This document shows, in pieces, positions 49,978 through 60,508 of a stretch of 64,000 nucleotides of DNA. The stretch is taken from NCBI GenBank assembly GCA_965637545.1, contig OZ281496.1, positions 12,028,001-12,092,000 of the forward strand, in the 5' to 3' direction. Each line of letters begins with the position of its first letter. The first letter of the stretch is position 1. The notes under the pieces are model-generated. The model was not told the origin of the DNA and did not search any database. It saw nothing but the letters and a program-made list of their open reading frames with translations. The position numbers and the translations under genes were made by a program. The stretch is from Phallusia mammillata (lineage: Eukaryota).

Positions 49978-51255
49978 GTCTACAAACTAGCAGAAATGAA
50001 CTTCTTTCAATAACACGCAAGTCAACCCATAATAATAAGAAAGTTTCTGAAAGTGAAACTGCAGAAAGGCACGTGTTGACGCACACCAATGAAAAAGCCC
50101 ATGAATGTCATGTTTGTGAAAAACGATTTTCTAGACGTGGAACTTTGAAAAGGCACATGTTGACACACCTAAGTGAAAAAGCCCACGAATGTCTTGTTTG
50201 TAAGAAAAGATTCACCCTAAGTGATTATTTGAAAACACACCTTGTTACACACACCAATGAGAAACCACATCGATGTGACGTTTGTGAAAAACGATTTTCT
50301 CGAGGGGGAACTTTGAAGACTCACATGCTGACACACACCAAAGAGAAACCTTACAGATGCGATGTTTGTGACAATTTGTTTAGTCTAAGAGGAGGATTGA
50401 AAAGACACATGTTTATTCACACCAAAGAAAAACCCCTTCAATGTCATATTTGTGGGAAAACATTTGCTCTAATTGGAACTATGAAAATACATATGCTGAC
50501 ACACACCAATGAAAAAAAACATATATGTTATGTTTGTGAGAAAAAATTTGCCCGTAGTGGAACTTTGAAAACACACATGCTGACACACATCAATGAAAGA
50601 GCCCACAAATGTCATCTTTGTGAAAAAAGATTCACCCGAGGCGATTATTTGAAAACACACCTGGTTACACACTCCGGTGAGAAACATCATCGATGTGATG
50701 TTTGTGACAAAAGATTTGCCCTCCGTGGTTCTTTGAAAAGACACATGTTAATACATACCGATGAGAAACCTCATCGATGTGATGTGTGTGACAAAAGATT
50801 TAATATAAGAGAAGATTTGAAAAGACACATGTTGAGACACCAAAGAAAAGTCTCATTGATGTTTTGTTTGTGAAAAACGATTAGCCCGAGGTTATTACAT
50901 GAAAATACACATGTTTACACACACTAAAAAAAATTAAAAACGCACAACTTCCCCCCTTTAAACCGAACAAACAGATTTGTTTTGGCAAAAGTATCCCTTA
51001 TGTCGTCACACAAACTTGGATTAAAACACAAACACGCATCTGACTTATCAAAACAATCCGCTATACTGTCACAGACTTGCTTGGGTGATATTATCAACTT
51101 TTTATCCAGCCACTAAAAATGTCTAAACTGTCTGTAGACAAAACGAAGATCAGATTTATCAGAACATTGAGCCACTAAATCGTAAATGCTGGTTTAAGGA
51201 AAAACGCAAACAGCTTGTCTCGATGATCCAGGGATCCAGGGCAAACCAAAATCTC

Positions 51256-51534
51256 GACGTGATTTCGTCGCTACAACTACAAACTTTGTCACAAAAGTTG
51301 CTTCCACATATTATTTCTTAGTTTTTGAAAAAGAAAATTTCCTTAACAAATGTTTTGGTTTGTAGATCTTTAGTTAATAATCACATTCTTGCTTTCACAA
51401 CTATGAAACAGATGTAGATTCATGTCGTTTGCACCAAGATGAGGTTGGTTTCAATGAATCAAACGACTTTGCAATATTATAAGCGTGAAATTTCGCAAAT
51501 AACATTTCAACGTGATGTGTGTAGCGACTACGTC
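51256..51534. repeat. Small element bounded by imperfect inverted repeats
   Basis: GACGTGATTTCGTCGCTACA ... TGTAGCGACTACGTC. Confidence 0.4.
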
Positions 51535-51918
51535 ATAATTTGTGCAAACCTTGCAATAGTGCAAATATTCCCTGTTACAGTTAAATCAGGAGGTTGATCG
51601 ACCTTGCTATCTGGTATTTACCCGCTTTAATCGTATGTTTTGTATTGTGCGGTAAATTTGGCGCTGTTTTGTGTGTGAGAAAATGTGCAAGCGCCAACGG
51701 CAAAGGCATAGTTGTACAGTTAATGTCACGTGCTATGAATTTATAAAACGTACCGCTGATATAATGGCTCATAGCAGTTTTAGTCCTACCGCAGTTAACT
51801 CTTTGGCTTACTGTTTAATTACTTGCATTGAAATAATGTGTTGGTTGCTAGTTAAACTTTAATTTATATGTAAACGTTATTACTATTAATTTCTAACGAC
51901 TTGTTTTGTTTCCCAAAC

Positions 51919-51969
51919 ATTCTATTTGAATAAGCATTCTATTTGAATAAGACATTCTATGTGAATAAG
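51919..51969 (+). other. Three tandem genomic copies of the ascidian spliced-leader exon
   Basis: ATTCTATTTGAATAAG at 51919-51934 and 51936-51951, and ATTCTATGTGAATAAG at 51954-51969, matching the 16-nt Ciona SL. No GT donor or SL-RNA intron follows any copy. Confidence 0.85.
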
Positions 51970-52012
51970 AATAAACAAATTTGAGGTACAAAACCCTTGT
52001 TTGTCGAGACTC

Positions 52013-52681
52013 ATGACATTGATTGACGAGGTACAGTCTGAAAGTGAGGACGAAAGTACAGGTAGTCTTTACCTACCACACTTAATACCGCTTGGCGTGC
52101 CACCGCGCCGTCCGCTGGTTTTCTACAGAAACGTATACAGAGACTGGTGGGCTAGATTCTTTGATTCAGTAGACTATTTCGAACTCCCTCCTAGAGAAGA
52201 GTTCGTCGAAGGTGTTTTGCCTAGAGACATTGCCGTGCAAATAAGTTCATTCAATACCAACAGAAGTTACATCACTACAACGTATAGCTTCAATCAACTA
52301 ATCATCAGAGATCCAGACGAGGCTGATCTTTATCACGATCTATACGCTATACGCAAGTTTACCAACATAAACACGGTGTTGCTAAGCAGGTTACGAAGGC
52401 CATTTACTACACCTTTCTACCCACAAACTTTGGTGCTGCCCAAAGTTTGGACACAAGATCTCACCATTCGCTCTGAAACTGTTGATTTACTTCTCGTCTA
52501 TCACGCAAGTGAAATCCCAGCTGAGAGAGGAGGAGGTGTACACATTTTTACCATCCAGACAATAATCTTTGAACCCGACGACACTGTGGAACCTGAGGAG
52601 ATTGCAGCAACCGAAGAAACTGCAGAAACTGAGGAGACTACTAGGATTGAAGAAATCTATAGATCTGTCTATAGTTCATGA
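52013..52681 (+). CDS. Orphan 222-aa protein with acidic termini
   Basis: Single-exon open frame from the first ATG, 43 nt after the SL array. No domain recognised. Confidence 0.7.
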   Translation: MTLIDEVQSESEDESTGSLYLPHLIPLGVPPRRPLVFYRNVYRDWWARFFDSVDYFELPPREEFVEGVLPRDIAVQISSFNTNRSYITTTYSFNQLIIRDPDEADLYHDLYAIRKFTNINTVLLSRLRRPFTTPFYPQTLVLPKVWTQDLTIRSETVDLLLVYHASEIPAERGGGVHIFTIQTIIFEPDDTVEPEEIAATEETAETEETTRIEEIYRSVYSS

Positions 52682-52953
52682 TTTCAGCTGCCCCACGAAA
52701 GGTGAGCAGAATTTGAACTTATATTCTTGGCTGTTATTTTATTACGGCTTGCATGTATTTTGTTGAATGTGTATGATCATTTACGGCCAAACTGTCTAAA
52801 ACAATTCGCCAAGCAACTTGTGGGAATCCTCCCAGTTTACACGAAGTAATTAAATCGGCTGTTAGTCAAAGTACGCGCAGTAAAACGAAACCTAAAGATA
52901 AAGAAAAGCCCAAACAACGTACTGTCGCGTTACAGACCCCGCCTGAGACAACC

Positions 52954-53266
52954 ATGACTACCCCAAATAACGGCGAATCCTCTAAACAAACGTCGCAAAG
53001 CGATAATGCCGTTGCAAATCGAAGTGAAAATGACAAATTACGCATCTCATTAATGAAAATTCCGCCCATTTGGCCTAACCAACATGACATAAAGGAATAT
53101 TTCGCGTTTTTGGACAAATTTTATGAATCTAATCAAATCGGAGATGAAGCAACTAAATTTCAATTGTTTGTTTCTAACTTAACCCCAACGCAATCAGCCA
53201 ATTACAGAAATGCTTTAACTGAAGCAACCGCTTCATTAACAGAACCCTACAGTACGCTTAAACAAG
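52954..53266 (+). pseudogene. gag: Ty3/Gypsy gag N-terminal domain, truncated by the Maverick insertion
   Basis: LMKIPPIWPNQHDIKEYFAFLDKFYESNQIGDEATKFQLFVSNL...EPYSTLKQE matches the KLPPFW...WF...TKF...PY..LK pattern of Gypsy gag. Confidence 0.8.
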
Positions 53267-53715
53267 AGTAGTATTGGTTCGTCCCGGGGCTCCCTCCACC
53301 TATTTTGGTCCCGCCACCCCCGAGTGGCACCCGCTACCTATTTTGGTCCCGCCACCTATTTTATCATTGTTCTGTGAGATCGCGACCGGTCGAGAGAGAG
53401 AGAGAGAGATGAGGGCTAGAGCCGGCGGCGGTTTTTGTCTGGCTTATTTCAGGTATTTGTTCGGGGTCTGTTCGGCGCTGTCTACCTTGCATTTTCGGCT
53501 ATGCTGAGAAGGTTATTTTGTTAAGAAGGTAACTGTCATTTTGCGAAATAAAATAAGCAACTATTAATGAAATTTTGTTTCCAACAACGGCTGCGTGGAA
53601 ATGCTATTCACAACTTAAAAGTCGAGTGAAGAGAGGGCTAGAGCCGGCGGCGGTTTTTGTCTGACTTATTTCAGGTATTCGTTCGGGGTCTGTTCGGCGC
53701 TGTCTGGCTTGCATT

Positions 53716-53783
53716 TTCGGACGACTTCGGACGGCTTCGGACGGCTTCGGACGGCGGACGACTTCGGACGGCTTCGGACGGCT
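53716..53783. repeat. 10-bp tandem repeat TTCGGACG(G/A)C in the Maverick terminal region
   Basis: About six copies, embedded among ~90-bp direct duplications (53411/53633 and 53531/53940). Confidence 0.9.
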
Positions 53784-54810
53784 CGCACGTTTTCGGACGT
53801 TGGTGGTTGGAAGCTATAGGAATTTCTCACAGCTGAAAGCCTTTGAATATCTACGTTGAGAAGGTTATTTTGTTTCTTTGTCTATTTGTTACCATGCTGA
53901 TGTATTGATGCTTTTATTTATTGATATGTTGTTTTTCCGACTGTCATTTTGTGAAATAAAATAAACAACTTATGAAATTTTGTTTCCAACAACGGCTGCG
54001 CGGAATTGCTATTCACAACTTAAAAAAGAAAAAAAATCATTAAACTTTGTTATTCTACAAAGAAAGGGGGGGTCACTGATAATACTAGGAAAACTTTTCA
54101 AACAACTGCTGCGCTAAAATGCTATTTACCAAGAAACAAATAAACTTTGTTATTCTCCAAAGAAAGGCGCTTTTTTATATTAGTAGGAAAACATTTTCAA
54201 ACTTCCGTGCTAAAATGCTATTCACAAGTGAAAAAGAAACAAAAAAATCAAATAAACTTTGTTATTTTGCTAAGAAAGGAAGTATTTAAAAACAGCGGTA
54301 AAACAAGAACTTTTCTGCGCTGTACTGCTTTTACCCTGAAACCGGCGCTGAGCACACTATTAACAACTGTTTTGGTGAAACGTCATTTCTAAGTTTAAAA
54401 TAAAAAATAGATAAACTTCGTCGTTATCAAAGGGTGTTATAATTGAGATTTCGCACTGAAACTCACGCGAAAAAATCGAAACTGGTGAATACTACAAAAT
54501 GCAGCAAAGACATATTGTTAAACCTGTTTTGACTGCGTCTGTAAGTTGTTTGAAGTCTATGCAGCAATTTTCTCGATCGTCCAACCCTGATTTGACATCG
54601 TAAAAATGTAATTACGTCTCAGTCGGTGTGTCTCGTCGATAATAATCGGCGTGCGCGACAGTTGCAAGTTTTATTGTTGGGGCGTTACGCGATCTGTTGT
54701 TTGTTAGCGTAATCCCTTTAAAGGCGGCGAAATTAAAAAACTAGGCGTGTTAGTGTGTGTAAATAAAAGAAAACTGCGTTGTAGATGCGGCAACCCCCGG
54801 GGGCGAACTG

Positions 54811-54823
54811 ACCGGGTATAAAA
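54811..54823 (+). promoter_or_regulatory. TATA-containing promoter motif of Maverick polB
   Basis: ACCGGGTATAAAA is conserved exactly at 8091-8103; a related CCGGATAAAA lies at 60409-60418, upstream of the next ORF. Confidence 0.65.
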
Positions 54824-54935
54824 CTCGCCCTGTAGAATCTGAAAAATTACTTACTTACATTGCAAGCTGTGTTATCTATACATCGTATAGTTGACTATTA
54901 GTTTGTCTTGTGTTTTCAACTCTGAAAAAAAAACT

Positions 54936-57900
54936 ATGAATCCCATGCGTAGTTATCAATGCGGCAAATGTCCGGCTCTCTTCTGGACAGAAGCTAATAT
55001 GCGTGCTCATGAAGCTTCTTGTTCGTCGATTATCAAGTGTTCCTATTGCGATAAGCGGTGAGTGGTATTTTTTTAAGAGTTCTTGCATTGTATTTTTAAA
55101 ACTAATACGTCTTTTTCATCTGTTGCAGACTCTCGACAAAGGCGACCCTGCGTCGTCATGTAAAAACAGCGTGTCGCAAAAACCCCAACAAGTCAGCAGA
55201 CGCTCGATGTCCCCGTTGTGGAATTGTGTAAGTTTTCCTTCGCCTTTAGTTTGAAGTTTACCCTTGAATTTGAAATTATCGCCTGTTATTCCAGGACCAA
55301 GGTGCGAAGCTACACACGGCACCTTGCCAAATGCTCTGGGGAGTGGGGTGAGGCTCGTGGCGTTCCGTTGTTTGAGGACGGTGCTTCCGCAAGGTAGTTA
55401 GGTAATCGCCAAAAAGCGACGGAAATTCAAACATTGCTTTTTATATGCAGTACAAGCAGGCAGTCGGAAAAAATGGAGACGGCACGATCGGCGGGTGTAG
55501 AATCGGAGATCGACACTACATCGGACCAAAGGTAGTTGCCCTGTTCTAATCGCCTTTGGTGATTTTATTTTTGCAATTGTAGTTGTTTTTCAGCGACATC
55601 GAAATTCCGCCAAACATGGTCGCGGCGTCATACGACAGCTGTAGCCCTGGTGAGGGTGACAAGGTACCCGATGACGACCTCGAACTTGCTCATTGGTAAG
55701 TCAACAACGGGTAACCGTTTTCTGAGCAATTGTGCTTATTCGGTTCCTATATTGCAGTGCGAGCGACTATGCCGACAATGAAATAGCGGAAGGTTGGTTC
55801 GAAGAAGAAGAGCCTCCTCTCATCAACACTCGGCCAACCTCGCCCAGTCCCAGTGAGCAGAGTTTCCTGATTCAAGAAGCTGTTAATAACACTTCTGGCA
55901 CGTGGGACGATATTTAAGTTTTTGACACCCATAATAACTGCTTAAAGTAAAATAAAAATTACCGACGTTTTTATGTTACAGAGCGCCAGCGGAAGACGGT
56001 GAAAATCCATCGAGCCAAGGGTATGCTTTCAGAATTTTTAGCAGTCGACATAGAGTCGAGGCACACCTTACTGAAAATATTTCTTTTCTTTTTTCTAGGC
56101 AGGAAACCTTTTCCCAGCTCGTTCAAAGTGATGTAGCTAGCGAATCGGATATTCTTAGGTGGGAAAGAAACAAGGCAGTCTTGTGCGCCGCCTGCGGTTT
56201 TTGGTAAGTAACATAACAGCCGACGTGTCGGATTACTTTGTGACTTTGATAATATTGTCCGACTGTTACAGGCGTTTACCGTTGTCGGCTCACGTGTGCA
56301 ATGTCATCCCATCAGACATGAATATTCAGCCTACTGCAAATTCCAGACCGTAAGTGTCTTTTTGCAGTAACCGTTTTGTGTTTTTTAAATATAAATTGTT
56401 ACTCGTTTTTTTTCGTCACACCGCGGTTACCATTGCCTTTTCGGGCATTATAAAAAAACACTGGACGCTTCTTTTCCTAGGTTAGAACGCGTGTCCGAAA
56501 ATGGACATGAAGAACACCTAAACGAGTCTGATGTTCGTGCATTGGAAAACGCAGAACCGATCCTGTGCGATATCTGCGGTTGTTGGTCATATTTCCTGGC
56601 GACTTTGATGCTATTAACCGACTTGTTTAGGAGTTTACCATCGGAGGGTCACGTCTGCGATGCAACCCCCCAACGACAATTCCGATATTCGCACTGTGGA
56701 AAACGCAAAACCAGGCTTGTGTTGTATCTGCGGCCGTTGGTAAGTACCCTGAAAGCAAAAAGTGTCCTATTTCTTGACGACTTTGATGCTATTAAACCAA
56801 TGTTTTAGGAGTTCGGAGGGGCACGTCTGCGACGCTACTCCAAGCCTCGATCCTCAACCTTCTGCCGATTCTAGACGGTAAGTTTGCATTGACCTTTTTG
56901 TGTGATTTTCTTTTTTTTTTATAGTAAAACGGTTTTTACACCTCAGATCTCGACCAATTCAGCAGGGCGGCGCCGTAGACCGGTCTGAAAAGATGCGGGA
57001 ACCGCGTCCACTGCCTGGCAGTCGCCAACACGTTATAGTCACGGAAACAGCTCTGCGCCCCGCTAGTGGCATCATCGCGGAGCGTTGGGACGCGATACGA
57101 TCGCACCGGGATCTAGGTCCAATTAGTGGTGCGTTCAACTATCGATTGCCGTTGGACTGGCGCACCAGCACTGTCGCGCAGGACATCATGGCTGTGCGCT
57201 AACGGGCCTTCTGCATCAACGCAGGTTTCGGGTTTGGTCACGGGCGAAACGCGATACTTCCACACGTCAGACAACAATTTCCATTTGTTCGACGACACGG
57301 TGTTAATTCGCTCCCTCGACGAGCTCCAGGCCTTTTCTCGAGCAGGTTGCTGAGCGAGATTGCTTGGAGTGGCTTAGGCTTCAGCGCGAGGATTCGTCGT
57401 GGGTCGTGGAAGCGATCACGAATGTTACCTTTTTTTGTTATTATGTGGACGGGCCGTTTATCGGGCAAGCTGAGCAGCTTCCGATCCACTTGTTGCGGAA
57501 TCGTGGCTTGGCGCTTCATAGGAACTGTCCGAGGGCGGCTGATTAAAGACAACCTGTGCTTTTTCCGCTGCCTGGCCTTGTTTCGTGACTCTAGTCCAGA
57601 AACGGTGGAGGCGAATGCGGCAGGCTTCTGTCAGCAATATTGCTTGGCGGTCGATGGCGGTTTTAACCCCGACACTTTTCCCGGTGTGAAACTGGTGGAT
57701 CTGCCAGTCATTGAGGAGCTGTTCAAGCTCAACATCAATGTTTTTCATTTGGCGGCCGACGCTCCTCGGAACGGTTGCGTTTTAAAGTCGCGGAGTGTGC
57801 GTCGCCGCGCATTCAAGGAACCTCGCATCCTCAATTTACACCTTTTCAAGGAGCATTTCAGTTATATAGAAAATTTGGACATACTTGCATCAGGATGTGT

Positions 57901-60098
57901 GTGCAAGGTCTGCAGGAAACACTTTGGAAAGTTGTCCAAGTGCAGTGAGCACGAAAACACCTGCAAAGGTCTGGTGAAAAACGTCTATGTTGGCGGGGTG
58001 TATTCCACGTCTAAGTCAGTGTTGGATGCGCTTGACGAGGCCGGTATAGAAGTGCCCACATCCCTTCGTTTTTTCCCTTTCCGGGCTGCATTCGACCTCG
58101 AGGCGTACTTCAAAACGGAGAATCTCCCTGCAAATGCGTCAAAGACCACCTGGCACGCCGAGCATCTTCCCTTGAGCGTTTCCATTTGTTCTAACGTTCC
58201 TGGCTTCCAGGAGGCCAATTGCTTCGTCACGGATGGGGACGCTGCGAAACTCGTCGATCGCATGCTTTCCTATCTCGTGCGAGTTCAGGAGGCTTCACGC
58301 GAAGCAATGATGGAACGCTTTCAGGGCGTTTTTGACGATTTGGACAGGCTACTGGCTGAATCGTGTAAACGCGAGCCGTGCCAGGAAGTTGACAACCACC
58401 CTCTGGCAAAACTCCGCTCGCGTCTTGTCACGCACCTTACGATTTTGCCAGTCATCAGCTTCAACGGTGGGAAATATGATATCAATTTGATGAAGCGATG
58501 GTTCCTGCTCCAGCTCACCCGAACCGTCACCATCACCTTTGTGGTGAAACGGAACAATAACTTTATGTGCATCCAGACACATAGGTTTAAATTCCTGGAT
58601 ATGAGGAACTATCTTGCCCCAAACCATTCATATGCGTCTTTTCTTCGCGCTTTCGGATGTGACGCCGAGAAGGGATGGCTTCCATACAAATACATGACGG
58701 ATCTGTCCCGACTCCACGAAACAGCTTTACCGCCTATTGACGCGTTTTACACTTCGTTGACAAAGAAGGCTTTGGCGCTTGAAGAATACCAACGCTGCGT
58801 GGAGGTATGGAGCCAGGAGGGAATGTCGTCATTGCGCGACTTTCTCCGATGGTACAACAACCTAGACGTTGTCCCATTTCTTCAAGCGATCCAAAAACAC
58901 TTTGAATTCTTCGAGAGCCGCGGTGTGGATGCTTTATGGATGGTCTGTCCCTACCGGGTCTCACTTTAAATTTTTTGATGAAAACTGTCAGTCACGATGT
59001 CAATCTTACCCTGTTCGGCCCGAGACATCAACACCTTCACCGGTTGATGCGTGAGGCCGTTGTTGGTGGTCCCTCCATAGTTTTTTCAAGATACCAGCAC
59101 GCTGGAAAAACCTGCATTCGTCCGATGAAATATGGCAACAGTGCCAAGGTCTGCGGTTCTGTGGTCGGCTTTGACTGCAACTCGATGTACCTGGACTGTT
59201 TAGGATCGCTGCAATGCACATCATATTTTACAGTTCTGGTTAGCAAACCCGATTCTGTCGACCGTGAAGTCGTGTGAAGTACGGTTGACTGGCGGGCGAA
59301 TGGCTGGACTAACTAACAATGCAAAACACCGGAAGATCAAGTATCTCGACGAGCAACAGGCCCAAGCTGCAGTGGCATTACCGGAGTTTGAGAGACAGAC
59401 CGAAGTTGGCGACGGCATTTTCGAGGTACAACTCCGGAAAAGTCGCTTAGTCCATGACTTGCCCATTCAGTGTGGGCTTCTCGTCTACCAAATGGCTAAG
59501 TTGAGGCTTCTGGAGTTTTACTACGATTGCCTCGATCGTTATGTCGACCGAAGGGACTTTCAATTGGCTCAATGTGACACTGACAGTTTGTACTATGGGA
59601 TATATCAGGCAAACAGATGAGTGACGTCGGCCAAACCTTCGTCGCGAGTTTTTTTAGGCATACCACACGTGGTTTCCAGCGGAGGCTTGCGACGCCCATC
59701 GCAGCGACTTTGTCGAGCGGTCGATCGCTGGAAAGACATTCCATGCAGCGGCATGCTGTAAAGCCAACAAAAAGCACCACCTTAGGACTCCGGGATTGTT
59801 TAAACTGGAATGGGCCGGTCAGGCAATTGTAGCCTTAACGTCAAAGACCTATTACTGCCACGGGTCGACGGATAAACAGGCGGGCAAGGGCCTGAACAAC
59901 GCGCAGAACCCCTTTGACCTACAGCGCTATCTGGATGTTTTGAATTCGGCGACCAGCTCCAGTGGAACAAACGTTGGATTCAGATGCCTGAACCAAAGCG
60001 TTTTTACGTACGAGCAGACCCGTCAGGGTTTGACGTACTTTTAACCAAAACGCAAAGTTCTGGCGGACGGCTTTTCGACTGCTCCACTGGACATCTAA
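54936..60098 (+). pseudogene. polB: Protein-primed family B DNA polymerase with a 12-intron zinc-finger N-terminal extension
   Basis: Exons 54936-55057, 55129-55227, 55295-55393, 55451-55531, 55594-55695, 55758-55901, 55982-56020, 56099-56203, 56272-56349, 56481-56585, 56631-56739, 56809-56877 and 56947-60098. The last exon has AAFDLEAYF, FNGGKYD, KFLDMRNY, KGWLPY, YNNLDV, VGGPSIVF, GFDCNSMY, CDTDS and SKTYYC, with stops and frameshifts. Confidence 0.9.
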
Positions 60099-60508
60099 AA
60101 CCCGGACGACATCCACACACACCCATACACCCAGATCAAAGGTAATTTACGGTTGGGCGTGTGCGAAACACGCTTTGTTTGTTGCTGTTGTTGATAAATT
60201 ACAACCTGTTTTTTTTTTACAATCCACCCCTATCGAACTTAGTTTATTACAGCAGCGAGGGTCATAAAGCGAAATTCACTGTACCAATAAAAGCGCCATG
60301 CCTGCGATAGTTGAGTACTCACACCCAAACTTTACAACCTTACCCGCGGTCGTCGAGGGACATTAAGTACCCCGCCTCGTACGCCGCCACGGCCCCGGGT
60401 CAATTTTGCCGGATAAAAGCGCAACGACGTCGAGTAAATATTCACACTGATTCATTTCCAGACAACTGAACATCAGCAGAAGCAACAGCAAGCAAACAAG
60501 CAAGCAGC

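Larger units (their letters stand above)
47284..50873 (+). pseudogene. C2H2 zinc-finger gene (9 fingers) whose coding exon is split by the 47354-49977 hAT
   Basis: Nine fingers lie in 50100-50850. Excising the hAT gives an open frame from 47288 (..EVKRPFVRLQ|TSRNELL..). The upstream ATG at 47284 is off by one base, at a T4 run. Confidence 0.75.

Noticed and set aside
51520-51530. TGTAGCGAC as the 5' end of the Gypsy LTR
   Set aside because: It is the partner of GTCGCTACA at 51267-51275 in a small inverted-repeat element; no matching LTR end or PBS was found.
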